Shown one piece after another: positions 39,548 through 49,677 of a DNA stretch of 64,000 bases. Position numbers and translations under genes: made by a program. This DNA comes from Candidatus Bathyarchaeota archaeon (GTDB lineage Archaea; Thermoproteota; Bathyarchaeia; Bathyarchaeales; Bathycorpusculaceae). The notes below the pieces were generated by a model. It saw only the letters and a list, made by a program, of their open reading frames with translations, was not told the origin of the DNA and ran no database searches. The stretch is from assembly GCA_963833575.1 (NCBI GenBank), contig CAWHXY010000007.1, positions 576,001 through 640,000 on the forward strand, in the 5' to 3' direction. Position 1 is the first letter of the stretch, and the number at the start of each line of letters is the position of its first letter.

Positions 39548-40126
39548 CTATGCTTTTATCAGTTTGTAGCCTATTTTTGGCCCCATTCCATACTGGTAGG
39601 CTAAGTTGATTATCATTATTCCCATGGCTTCCAGATATCGCGCTGCTTTCAATGGTCCGCAATCCACGGGGTCAAAACCGATGTCTCTTGTTAACTGGGC
39701 TACCGTTTGTTTCGCTTGTAAATCGTCGCCTGCAATAAACGCTGTTAGTTGTTCTTTGCCGATTTTGCCGCTGCTTTGGTTTTGAGCAAATACCGTGTTG
39801 AATGCTTTAACTACGTGGGCTTTAGGCAGTTTTTTCTGTATCTCTTCGGCAGAGGAAGTAGTGCAACTTATTGTTAACCCACCATTGGATCCTACTGCAT
39901 TAATTACGTCAACAACTATTTTTCCGTCGACATAAGATCTTATTTCTTCAACGGCATCATTGGCACTGCCGTGCGGAACAGCAAGAATAATGACTTCACC
40001 CCATTTTGTTGCTTCAGAAACAGGCTCAGCAGGATCCCGATGACCAAATTTTGTTTCATGCTTGACGCTTAGACCATTGCATAATGCGGTGCCAACATTG
40101 CCTTTTCCTATGATAGCAATTTTCAC
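39548..40126 (-). CDS. F420-dependent NADP oxidoreductase family dinucleotide-binding protein
   Basis: GKGNVG, ILAVP, VVKAFNT, IAGDD, GFDPVDCGPL. Confidence 0.85.
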   Translation of the reverse strand: MKIAIIGKGNVGTALCNGLSVKHETKFGHRDPAEPVSEATKWGEVIILAVPHGSANDAVEEIRSYVDGKIVVDVINAVGSNGGLTISCTTSSAEEIQKKLPKAHVVKAFNTVFAQNQSSGKIGKEQLTAFIAGDDLQAKQTVAQLTRDIGFDPVDCGPLKAARYLEAMGIMIINLAYQYGMGPKIGYKLIKA

Positions 40127-40492
40127 AGAGATTCATCTGAAAATAATGAGGTTAGTTTGAGTTCATTAGAAATTGTGATTGCATAATGCCTACAACTAAC
40201 TCTTCTATGGGAAACAAAGGGGTTAACCCAAGGCTTTGATTGAAATAGCATTTATTTTACAAATCTTTTTTGTTTGCGAGTTGCTTGATTTGATAATTTA
40301 TTTTAGAAACTGTTCAAACCGTTTCGTTCTCAGAAAGATTTACTTATCCAAAATGAAATTGAAGCCAGAATCATTGTTTGAAAAGATCAAGCATTTATGC
40401 AAAACTGATGAAAGAAAGAAAAGAAACAATTTGAGAGAAGGCATTAAACCCAATAGCATAAACAAAGTTTTCTAAGTTGGAGAATACTGGCA

Positions 40493-40708
40493 TTAAGCTT
40501 TCTTTGGTTTTATGGCTAGCTTCAAAGTAACGTTGACATCATATTCTTTTTCCATTTTTCCAACTGAAACATTCCATTCCTTGACTTCAACGTCCATATC
40601 CTTGAAGTGGGTCATAATTGATTCCCTGTATTGGTTAACCGTTTCGCCAATCTTCGAGATCCTTTCAGCAATATCCATATGTTTTTCAGACAATTTTCCA
40701 CCTCCCAT
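40493..40708 (-). CDS. small hypothetical protein
   Basis: 71-aa ORF with protein-like composition. Confidence 0.55.
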   Translation of the reverse strand: MGGGKLSEKHMDIAERISKIGETVNQYRESIMTHFKDMDVEVKEWNVSVGKMEKEYDVNVTLKLAIKPKKA

Positions 40709-40917
40709 ACCGAGAGCACTGTATATTCAAGTAAATCTGGTTCAAGCTTTCTTAAGCCTATGTGGCTGTAGCGAGACAACAACAAAGTCACAGCAAGACG
40801 CTAAATACTTACATAATAAGAAAGGCCCAACCTAAAATCACCCTCTCCTTCGGGAAAACTTGACTTGCTCTATATTTCGTTCTGATTAGTTTCTTCAGAT
40901 GGTTTGATACTTCTAAA

Positions 40918-42369
40918 TTAAGTTACGAGCGTTAAGTGACCGCTATCTATAGTTAAATCAACTGTGTAGCCTGAATTTGGAATTGTGCGAGTTTCGTTAT
41001 TTAGAGTAGTTAATACAAATGGTTTGGTTGCTTCGAAAATTTCGTGGTATGTTCCAAGCTTAACTAGAATGGTGTCGTTTTGGTTAGTTGCATACGATGA
41101 TAGTGCTTCTTGGATACTATTGTATCCTAAACCATTGTTTTGGTCTATTACTGGGTAGGTGACGTTTGATTCAAAGTCTTTAGGCCAATAAACGATTTTG
41201 CCATATTTGTTCTGCACGGTATTTTGGAATTGTGGGTCACTGTAGATGATGTTCAGGCTTGAATTGTATTGGTTAACCAGGTTTGTAACGTCCTTGTACA
41301 TTTTGACTGTCCAATTATCGGGCAAATGATAGCGCCATACTGAATCGTCAGGGCTGCGAAAGCCAAAAGCGTAGTATTGCGGAAGAACAAGTGCAGTATC
41401 TGCTGTGAGAACCCCGTGTTTGTCGGGGTTATGCTGCATGTAGCTCCAGAAATTTTTTAGTGCGTTGTAGTGGTCTTGCGTTAGTGTAGTGCCTGTGTAG
41501 TTTTGTGTTGAGTCGTAGATCACTATGTAGTTTGCACCTGAATTATAAGCCAAAACCATGTCATCGTATAGTTGAGGCCCAGACTCCAAATAGGGCGTTT
41601 GCCTATATGTCCATGTTATTATCGCTCCCCAATCCTTGTCTTGTGCCTGAGCCGCTCCTCTAACCAGTGAGATTTGTAAAGGTCTGCTATTATTCCATCC
41701 AAACTGAGCAAAAAGTGTGTCGTATCCAACTAAATAGTCAAACCAATACAACGCATAGTCTGAGGCAAAAACTGAAGAATTTAGACTGTGAGTAAAATTA
41801 GCGACCGCAGGCACACCACCACCATGAGTCCAAAGCCAATAAAAGTTTACATAATACTCCTCATAACTTATTGGCGAATCAATAGGCGGTTTTGCGCTAA
41901 ATGGGCCACTTTGGTCAAGTTGGATCCCTCCGGCTTCGTCATAAAAGTATATGCCAAGCATATGGTTACCATAGCGCTGTTTAGCTGCTGCGAACCATGT
42001 TGAAGGTGAATAATGATTCGTTACGCCCGGATAGTCACCTGATACAGTCATGTTCTGATAGTAGACAATGAGGTACATACCCGCCTTGTAAGCGTAATCA
42101 CACGTTTCATTAAGCAATGCCTCATTTGCAAGAATTAGAGACGACGCAATAATAAACAAGTTAGTGTAATCTTTAACGTTATCAATCAGTATTTTGCAGT
42201 CGCTGAAATTACTATCCCAACCCGTTTCAATTCCTACAAGAGGAGAGGGTAAACCTGCAGTCTGCTTTGACGGCGCAGGTAAAACTGTTAGAGCTACAAA
42301 AAAGGACACGATAATAACCACTACTAAGAAGATGGCTATGAAAATGTTTCTTTTCTTCGCCGTTATCAT
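40918..42369 (-). CDS. N-anchored extracellular protein, possible glycoside-hydrolase-like TIM barrel
   Basis: N-terminal TM; GIYFYDEAGG; aromatic-rich; C-terminal YNSIQEAL...DTILVKLGTYHE module. Confidence 0.7.
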   Translation of the reverse strand: MITAKKRNIFIAIFLVVVIIVSFFVALTVLPAPSKQTAGLPSPLVGIETGWDSNFSDCKILIDNVKDYTNLFIIASSLILANEALLNETCDYAYKAGMYLIVYYQNMTVSGDYPGVTNHYSPSTWFAAAKQRYGNHMLGIYFYDEAGGIQLDQSGPFSAKPPIDSPISYEEYYVNFYWLWTHGGGVPAVANFTHSLNSSVFASDYALYWFDYLVGYDTLFAQFGWNNSRPLQISLVRGAAQAQDKDWGAIITWTYRQTPYLESGPQLYDDMVLAYNSGANYIVIYDSTQNYTGTTLTQDHYNALKNFWSYMQHNPDKHGVLTADTALVLPQYYAFGFRSPDDSVWRYHLPDNWTVKMYKDVTNLVNQYNSSLNIIYSDPQFQNTVQNKYGKIVYWPKDFESNVTYPVIDQNNGLGYNSIQEALSSYATNQNDTILVKLGTYHEIFEATKPFVLTTLNNETRTIPNSGYTVDLTIDSGHLTLVT

Positions 42370-42534
42370 ACCCTCAACTTTATCGTACTATAATTTTGTC
42401 CAAATTATTTGAATATACCCTCTCTTATGTTCACATTCACTTCTACAATCTGTAGATGTTCGAACTAAGCAAATCTAAAAGAACAACAACCGTTGGTTGT
42501 CACACTTGGGTATTGTTCTTCTCTTGAAAAAAGA

Positions 42535-42646
42535 AAGGCAACGGAATTAACATAGTGTCATCCTTTTACTTCTTCTAAGCTTCTAAAAGAAGAAGAAACT
42601 TGCGGGGTGCACACCTCTTCTTTCAACTTGCTAATCCGTTAGCCTT
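42535..42646. other. long nested inverted repeat (candidate structured RNA or MITE-like element)
   Basis: three nested stems: 42535-552/42629-646, 42555-564/42604-614, 42569-576/42588-595. Confidence 0.5.
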
Positions 42647-42748
42647 GTCGCAACATTTTGCGTCTATTTTAACAAGTTAAGAAAATCCCTAAGATATTCG
42701 GGATAACACCTATCTACGATCACGCATATGTATTATTAGGTATAGAAT

Positions 42749-44383
42749 ATGAGCCAAAATCAAATGTTCTGTTATCAATGTGAACAGACAGCCAAAGGTC
42801 AGGGCTGTACAGTAGCGGGCGTTTGCGGAAAAACAGCAGATGTTGCTGCGCTTCAAGATTTGCTTGTCTATATGCTAAGAGGACTTAGCCAACTCTCAGT
42901 TGAAGCTGCGAAAGCTGGCGCAAAAGACGAGAAAATCGGTGTTTTTACATGCGAAGCATTATTTGCAACTCTAACAAACGTAAATTTTGATCCAGAGTCA
43001 ATAGCAACGTACATAAAGAAAACTGCACAGTTACAAGAAGAATTACGCAGCAGAATAGTTGCAATAAAAGGTAAAGTTAACTCCACATTCAATTTAACGC
43101 TAAAAGAAACAACGGCAGACTTAATTGCGCAAGGAAAGCATTATGGAATAAACTCTGATCCAGCAATGGATCCAGATTTGCATTCGCTTCAGTGGCTTCT
43201 AACTTATGGGTTAAAGGGAGTAGCCGCTTACACATATCATGCTTACCTTCTTGGTAAGAGCGATGAAAAAGTTTTCGATTTTATCTCTGAAGGGCTCGTA
43301 GCTCCATTCGACAAATCACTTGGCGTTAATGAGTTTGTAGGATTAGTTTTCAAATGCGGCGAAACTAATGTACGTGCAATGGAACTTCTTGATGCAGGAA
43401 ACACCGAAAAATATGGTCATCCAGTCCCAACAAAGGTACCTTTGGGGCACAAAAAAGGAAAAGCAATACTTGTCTCAGGACACGACCTCATCGATTTGGA
43501 ACAAATTCTAAAACAAAGCCAAGACAAAAACATCACTGTCTACACACATGGAGAAATGCTTCCCACACACGGCTACCCAAAACTCAACAAATACCCAAAC
43601 TTCTACGCTCACTACGGAACAGCATGGCAAAACCAACAAAAAGAATTCGCCCAATTCCCCGGAGCCATACTAATGACTACAAACTGCATCCAAAGACCCG
43701 TCGAAAGCTACAAAGACAACATTTTCACTGCAGGGCCAGTAGCTTACCCAGGCGTGCAACATATAACTAACATGGACTTTTCTGCAGTGATAAACAAAGC
43801 GTTAGCGATGCCGGGTTTCCAAGAAGACACAGAAGGAAAAAGCGTTCTGGTGGGCTTCGGCAGAAACGCCGTCCTAAGCGTAGCAAGCAAAGTTATCGAA
43901 TCTGTCAAGAGTGGACACATTAAACGTTTCATATTAGTAGGCGGTTGCGATGGAGCCAAACCAGGAAGAAGCTACTACACAGAATTCGTAGAAAAAGCAC
44001 CCAGCAACACAATCATCTTAACATTGGCATGCGGCAAATTCCGTTTCTTCGACAAAGAATTGGGAACAATCGATGACATCCCAAGGTTGCTCGACATTGG
44101 ACAATGCAATGACGCATACTCCGCAGTCAAAATCGCTCAAGCATTAGCTGACGCCTTTGGCGTACAAGTCAACGATTTGCCACTATCTATAGTGCTATCA
44201 TGGTACGAACAAAAAGCCGTAGCAATCTTGCTATCACTGCTTTACTTGGGTATAAAAGATATGCGCATCGGACCAAGCCTGCCAGCATTCATAACACCAA
44301 ACATACTAAAGGTGCTAGTGGAAAAATTCAACATCATGCCCATTAAAACAGTAGACGAAGACCTCAAAGCTATCATGAAATAA
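42749..44383 (+). CDS. hcp: hybrid cluster protein (hydroxylamine reductase)
   Basis: MFCYQCEQT...GC...GVCGK, SGHD, HGEMLP, GCDG, GQCND, LSWYEQKA. Confidence 0.97.
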   Translation: MSQNQMFCYQCEQTAKGQGCTVAGVCGKTADVAALQDLLVYMLRGLSQLSVEAAKAGAKDEKIGVFTCEALFATLTNVNFDPESIATYIKKTAQLQEELRSRIVAIKGKVNSTFNLTLKETTADLIAQGKHYGINSDPAMDPDLHSLQWLLTYGLKGVAAYTYHAYLLGKSDEKVFDFISEGLVAPFDKSLGVNEFVGLVFKCGETNVRAMELLDAGNTEKYGHPVPTKVPLGHKKGKAILVSGHDLIDLEQILKQSQDKNITVYTHGEMLPTHGYPKLNKYPNFYAHYGTAWQNQQKEFAQFPGAILMTTNCIQRPVESYKDNIFTAGPVAYPGVQHITNMDFSAVINKALAMPGFQEDTEGKSVLVGFGRNAVLSVASKVIESVKSGHIKRFILVGGCDGAKPGRSYYTEFVEKAPSNTIILTLACGKFRFFDKELGTIDDIPRLLDIGQCNDAYSAVKIAQALADAFGVQVNDLPLSIVLSWYEQKAVAILLSLLYLGIKDMRIGPSLPAFITPNILKVLVEKFNIMPIKTVDEDLKAIMK

Positions 44384-44388
44384 ACCGC

Positions 44389-44425
44389 TTTCTTTTTCTT
44401 TGTTCTTTTTTTCTTCGGTCTTTTT
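44389..44425 (+). terminator. oligo-T terminator
   Basis: T-rich tract directly after the hcp stop. Confidence 0.55.
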
Positions 44426-44722
44426 CTCTCTCACTACCCCTTCTCTTAGGGTTTACCGGAAGATACTACTAGGAACATCTATAGGATCCTAATACGCCGA
44501 AAAAACCGTCGCGTAATGAACCCGAAAACACGGTTCAGCTTTAGGCACATTCAAGGAAAACATTCTGCTAAAAAGTAAGTATCTTTATGACGGCACATTT
44601 GTTTTTCTTCGTTGGACTTTTAATTTGGATTTTTATCTTTCGAAATTAAGTTTTGCTATAGGCCGAGTTAATGCTTTATAAAGTAAGGCGCATAACAGCA
44701 AAGCCTATGAGGGAAACCAAGT

Positions 44723-45667
44723 TTGCCCAATCCGCTGCTAAGTCAAAAAGGTAAAGCTATCTTTATTACCCTGCTGGCTGGAGCATTATGGGGCACTTCT
44801 TTTCCAATAACAAAAATTGGGTTAACAGACACTGACCCGTTTGCATTTGTGTTCTGGCGGTTTCTAGTTTCAGCCTCAACTCTTTTAATAATCATGATAC
44901 TTCTAAAGAAAATGGATTTCAGAAAAATTCCAGACGTTAAACTTCTGGTTTTTCTTGGAATCACAAACGCCAGTGGCTATCTGCTCCAATATGTTGCTAT
45001 GGGGTCCACCACAGCGGCGAAAGCTGCGCTTTTCATAAATTTGAGCGCCATATGGGTTGCCCTTCTAAGTCCCAAACTGCTCGGTGAAACCTTCTCCAGA
45101 AAAAAAATCGTCGGCATAATCATTGGACTATTCGGCATCGTTTTTGTTAGCACAAACTTAGATTTTGCATCGTTAAGCGGTGGGCAATCCTTAGCAGACA
45201 TAACGCTTGTTATTTCAGGGTTCACTTGGGCAATATTTATGATCTACAATAAGAAGCTGGTTTCAAATTCCACTACTTCAGCAACTTTTCAATCGATGAC
45301 TTGGATCCTTTTGTTCACCTTCTTCTCCATAGCACCGTTTGCACTGTTGGCTGGACCTAACTTGTTTGATTTGTCAAGTTTTGCGTGGTTAGGGATTTTT
45401 TGGACTGCAATTGTTTGCTGGGTCATACCTTACTATTTGTGGCTTAAAGGGCTCAAACATCTTTCCGCCTCAACTTCAACTGTTTTGTTGTTGTCGGAAA
45501 TTGTGATGGCAGTTATCTTATCCATCGTTGTGCTAAAAGAACCAGTTACTGTATTTTCAAGTATTGGCGCATTCTTAATTGTCATAGCAATAGCACTTGT
45601 TTCCGTGCAAAATAAAAAAGCAAACAGCGGTAAAACCTCGTTGATTGACACTTTGGATAACGCTTAA
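44723..45667 (+). CDS. DMT/EamA family transporter
   Basis: LWGTSF, 10 TM segments, duplicated EamA halves. Confidence 0.9.
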   Translation: MPNPLLSQKGKAIFITLLAGALWGTSFPITKIGLTDTDPFAFVFWRFLVSASTLLIIMILLKKMDFRKIPDVKLLVFLGITNASGYLLQYVAMGSTTAAKAALFINLSAIWVALLSPKLLGETFSRKKIVGIIIGLFGIVFVSTNLDFASLSGGQSLADITLVISGFTWAIFMIYNKKLVSNSTTSATFQSMTWILLFTFFSIAPFALLAGPNLFDLSSFAWLGIFWTAIVCWVIPYYLWLKGLKHLSASTSTVLLLSEIVMAVILSIVVLKEPVTVFSSIGAFLIVIAIALVSVQNKKANSGKTSLIDTLDNA

Positions 45668-45692
45668 GCTTAAATACATAAAGTTGCGATAA

Positions 45693-46556
45693 ATGGCTGG
45701 GGAGAAAATAAAAAAAATGGCAAAAAACCTGACAATGGTTCTAGTTGTAATAATGCTCATTGTAGGCTTTGGTATCGGAATAATCGCTAGTCCGTTTATA
45801 GTGGCATCGAATAATTCATCGACAGACACAGTATGGACAAATATTGAGAAAAGAGGATACATTAACGTTGGGACAGACCCAAGTTGGCCACCCTATGAAC
45901 AGCTTGATAACGCGACAGGTGCAATCGTTGGATTCGAAGTTGATTTGGCAAACGCCTGCGCACAACAATTGGGGCTGACTATTCATTGGCATGATGTAAG
46001 CTTTGACGACATTATAACTGAGGTCCAAAATGGTCAACTCGACATGGGTGTTAGCGGTTTCTCAATAACAGCAGATAGACTTAACAGTGTATCATTTACC
46101 ATCCCACACACCACAACAGCGGCTCAACTCATCATGACTCAAAGCGAAATCAACAAGTTACACATAACCAATGGCACCATAACATCGCTAGCAGACGTCA
46201 AGAATCTAGGCTTGACTGTTGGAACTCAAGATGGCACAACTGAACAATCAGAGCTCCAAGCAGCTGGAGTTTCTGTGCGATCATGGGGAAGCTTTGCGGA
46301 TTCCATTCAGGACATGGCAAGCGCAAATCCAAGTGTACAGGCAGTTTATGCTGAAACTCCAATAACGACCGCTTGGATTGCTCAATACGCAGCTCAAGGC
46401 GTACCTATCGGCATTGTATACCAGCATCCATACTATCCATGTGCATTCGTAGTAAACAAAAACGCTCAAACTTTCCTTGCGAAATTTGACGGTGCAATTT
46501 CAAACATAATCAGTACAGGTCAACTAGATCAATTGAAAGCTAAATGGAATGCTTAA
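45693..46556 (+). CDS. polar amino-acid ABC transporter substrate-binding protein
   Basis: GTDPSWPPYE, GFEVDLA, SITADR, GTQDGTT. Confidence 0.9.
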   Translation: MAGEKIKKMAKNLTMVLVVIMLIVGFGIGIIASPFIVASNNSSTDTVWTNIEKRGYINVGTDPSWPPYEQLDNATGAIVGFEVDLANACAQQLGLTIHWHDVSFDDIITEVQNGQLDMGVSGFSITADRLNSVSFTIPHTTTAAQLIMTQSEINKLHITNGTITSLADVKNLGLTVGTQDGTTEQSELQAAGVSVRSWGSFADSIQDMASANPSVQAVYAETPITTAWIAQYAAQGVPIGIVYQHPYYPCAFVVNKNAQTFLAKFDGAISNIISTGQLDQLKAKWNA

Positions 46557-46572
46557 ACAAACGTGATTTGGC

Positions 46573-47223
46573 TTGGATGTTGGGCAAGAACTAATTTTCC
46601 TGATAGAGGGAGTCCCCCTCACTTTTTCCGTTTCCATCATCGCCTTTTTCGTTGGTTTGGGTATAGGGCTACCGTTGGCTTTCCTACGTGTATATGACGC
46701 TGAAGTTGGTTTCATCGTTGATGTATATGAGAAAGTCTTCAGGGGCATACCAGAAATTGTTCTAATGCTATTTCTTTTCTTCGGTTTAGGCCCAATCTTC
46801 AATTTTCCCTTCGGTAATCCTTTCTTTGTAGCAGCCCTGGTTCTGGGCTTGTCCAGCGGTGCTGATCAGTCTCAAATTTTCAGAGGCGCAATTCGAGGCG
46901 TCGGAGACGAGCAGATGATTGCTGCCCAATCCGTTGGCTGCTCTAAATGGAAGGGAATTTGGCATATTATGGTTCCTCAAGTTTTAACTTTTTCAACCTC
47001 AAGCTTAGGAAGCGAGTACGCGCTTTTAATCAAGAATTCATCGTATGTGTGGGTTATAGGCATATTAGATATCATGCAAAAAGCGCTTTATCTAAAAGTC
47101 GCGGATTATGACCCTATCGTCCCTTTCATCTTCGCAGCTGTATTATACGTTGCACTTACCTTTCCAATTGCTTTGTATCTTGATCGGTTAGGAAATAAAA
47201 GAAAGAAAAAAATAGGATTGTAG
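46573..47223 (+). CDS. amino-acid ABC transporter permease
   Basis: FRGIPEIV, IFRGAI, EAA-like loop, LIKNSS. Confidence 0.9.
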   Translation: MDVGQELIFLIEGVPLTFSVSIIAFFVGLGIGLPLAFLRVYDAEVGFIVDVYEKVFRGIPEIVLMLFLFFGLGPIFNFPFGNPFFVAALVLGLSSGADQSQIFRGAIRGVGDEQMIAAQSVGCSKWKGIWHIMVPQVLTFSTSSLGSEYALLIKNSSYVWVIGILDIMQKALYLKVADYDPIVPFIFAAVLYVALTFPIALYLDRLGNKRKKKIGL

Positions 47224-47227
47224 AAAA

Positions 47228-47980
47228 ATGAGCGACATTATAATGGAAGCCAAAAACGTCTGCAAAAACTATGGCAAACTTGAAGCTGTAAAAGACGTGT
47301 CACTGCAAATCAGAAAAGGTGACATAAAACTGATCTTTGGCCCCAGTGGTTCCGGAAAAAGCACGTTTCTTCGCTGCATGGCAATGCTAGATATGCCTGA
47401 GTCGGGCGAAATTTACCTCAAAGAAGAATGCATCACAAAACCAGGCGTAGATTTGAATAAAGCGCGAGCAAGAATAGGCTACGTTTTTCAACACATTTAC
47501 CTGTTTAGGAATCTTACGGCTTTGGGAAACGTAGAGTTGGCTCTTAAACACGTGCTTAAATTGCCGAAAGATCAGGCGCGTGAGCGCGCGTTAGCCGCGT
47601 TAAAAGAAGTGAAAGTGCTTGAGTGCAAAGACCGCTATCCCTCCCAAATGTCTGGCGGGCAAGCGCAAAGAGTAGGAATCGCACGTGCCATCGCCCGCAA
47701 CCCCGACATCATATTACTCGATGAACCCACATCAGCTTTAGACCCTGAACTTACAGGAGAAGTCATCGACACGTTAAGAGATCTTGCACATGAAGGAACA
47801 ACCATGCTTATCGTTAGTCACGAGATGCCGTTTGCACGTGAAGTTGCCGAAGAGATGATTTTCTATGACGAGGGAAGCATCTTAGAAACAGGAACGCCAG
47901 ATCACTTTTTCAATGCACCTGATAGTGATCGAGCAAAAAAATTCATGACGAGAATAATTAACAAAACAACCCGAGAATAA
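47228..47980 (+). CDS. amino-acid ABC transporter ATPase (GlnQ-like)
   Basis: GPSGSGKST, MSGGQAQR, LLDEPTSALDPE, HEM. Confidence 0.93.
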   Translation: MSDIIMEAKNVCKNYGKLEAVKDVSLQIRKGDIKLIFGPSGSGKSTFLRCMAMLDMPESGEIYLKEECITKPGVDLNKARARIGYVFQHIYLFRNLTALGNVELALKHVLKLPKDQARERALAALKEVKVLECKDRYPSQMSGGQAQRVGIARAIARNPDIILLDEPTSALDPELTGEVIDTLRDLAHEGTTMLIVSHEMPFAREVAEEMIFYDEGSILETGTPDHFFNAPDSDRAKKFMTRIINKTTRE

Positions 47981-47983
47981 ACA

Positions 47984-48661
47984 ATGTTTGGACAATTTGG
48001 GCCTGTCTTGCTTCATTGGAATTGGATCCTTCAAGGACTACAGTTGACAATTGAAATTACGCTTTTCGGGGTCTTTTTAGGGCTAGCTTTGGCAATCGTG
48101 CTGGCAATTGGCGATATTTACGGAAACAAGGTACTTAAGGGAATTATCGCAGTTTATGTAGAAGCTTTTAGAGGCAGTCCATTGCTTGTTCAATTATTAA
48201 TAGCTGAATACACCATACCAGCAATAACGCATATTCCAATTGACCCGTATATTACAGCTTTCGTAGTTTTTGGAATAAACAGTGCCGCATACCAGAAAGG
48301 CTACCTCAAAGGGGCAATGGAAACCATATACGAAGATCAAATGCAAGCTGGGCTGTCAACAGGTATGTCCAAATGGCAAACCTTAAGGTACGTCATTATT
48401 CCTCAAGCTTTGCGTATTGTTATTCCTTCGTGGACAAACGAGTTCTGCTCTCTAACAAAGAGTTCCTCTGTTGTATCTTATGTGGGATTATATGACGTAG
48501 TGGGCGCAGGCAGAGAAGTAATTGGACAATTCTATATTGTTCTCCCAGTCTGGTTAGTCATTGGATTAATTTATCTAGCGTGGATTACCGGGTTCACGAA
48601 ATTAATGGATTACATTTACGAGAAAAAGAAGATTCCTGGCGTAGAACTGCTAATGCAGTAA
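47984..48661 (+). CDS. amino-acid ABC transporter permease
   Basis: FRGSPLLVQL, IPQALR, LTKSSS. Confidence 0.9.
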   Translation: MFGQFGPVLLHWNWILQGLQLTIEITLFGVFLGLALAIVLAIGDIYGNKVLKGIIAVYVEAFRGSPLLVQLLIAEYTIPAITHIPIDPYITAFVVFGINSAAYQKGYLKGAMETIYEDQMQAGLSTGMSKWQTLRYVIIPQALRIVIPSWTNEFCSLTKSSSVVSYVGLYDVVGAGREVIGQFYIVLPVWLVIGLIYLAWITGFTKLMDYIYEKKKIPGVELLMQ

Positions 48662-48970
48662 ACGGAGCGTTTAGACGTTTAGTTTCTTAATTAGCCACGC
48701 AATGCAATTCTGCCCAAGCTTACCGAATAATTATTCAGTCTTGGACCAATGAGTTTTGTTCTTTGACAAAAAACACTTCAACATTTAAAGTTCTTTTATT
48801 CGAGCAGTTGAAATAAAGTTATGTTTATCAAAGCTTTCGTTTGAATTTTACTTTATTCTCATCCTAATACTAAAGTCTACTCTTAATTTCTTAGGATAAT
48901 ACAGAAAAAAACAAGTTAGAACTGAGGTGAGCTTTCGATGCCTTCAAGCTGTGAGTTCTGTTCAAATATT

Positions 48971-49578
48971 TCAAATCAAATTGACTATTGATTTGTACTC
49001 TATTTTTGCAACAGTATAGTTCTCTTGCACACTTGGGTTGATAATGTAAAAAGTTAATACCTGACCTATTTTTTGTACTGGTGAATAATCGGTTGCTGAA
49101 ACTAATGGTCCCCAACTTTCTGGAACACTGAAATTCTGAGAACTTCCAGCGTCAATGTACATTGATTGCGTGGTTGAGTTTTCCGTTGTGGAAGTTGGTC
49201 CAATTGGTTGTCCAATGACATTGTAACCCTCAATGGTTTGTATCATGACAACTGAGAAAGTTCCGCTCTGATTATCAAGATTCATTACGCTAACATAACT
49301 TGGAAAATACAAGTTTTGGGAAAACGAGTTCTTAGAATCTATTGTTCCATGAATTGGTAATTACTTTGCAGAGTTTTCGTTCTTTGCTCTTGTATAGCGA
49401 TCTTTATGGGAATTATAGGTTCTGTTACAACAAGAATAATTGCAATCGTAATTACAACAGCTAAAACTGGCACGATAAGTCGTTTGTATTTGGACAGATA
49501 TTTGTTTGGAGTTTTGGGAATCAAAGTAGTTTGTCTGAAGTATTTACGCTTCATCTTAGGTCGGATATTGCTTACCAT
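48971..49578 (-). pseudogene. frameshifted single-TM membrane protein gene (ORFs 49339..49593 and 48971..49312)
   Basis: adding one base near 49350 joins ...QSNYQF to (N)GTIDSKNSFSQNLYFPSYVSV...; ATG 49578 is 23 nt from the repeat-A TATA. Confidence 0.55.
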
Positions 49579-49601
49579 AAAAACATAAAGCAATCATAAC
49601 A

Positions 49602-49677
49602 GATAAAAGGCTACTCGTAAAAGTTCCTTGACTGAGTTTAGTCAAACTTTCTTGACTTGGCTGGTTTTTCGATGCCT
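49602..49677 (-). repeat. repeat A copy 1 (triple box core 49628-49657 plus promoter)
   Basis: gataaaaggctactcgtaaaagttcc TTGACT gagttt AGTCAA actttc TTGACT tggctggtttttcgatgcct. Confidence 0.9.

Noticed and set aside
40236-40475. 79-aa plus-strand ORF
   Set aside because: TTG start, AT-rich terminator-like antisense sequence, no recognisable motif
40859-40869. cttgacttgct resembling the end of repeat A
   Set aside because: Single half-site only; the other two boxes and the promoter part are missing
44430-44560. Small hairpin TGAACC/GGTTCA in the hcp-EamA intergenic region
   Set aside because: A 6-bp stem in single copy is expected by chance
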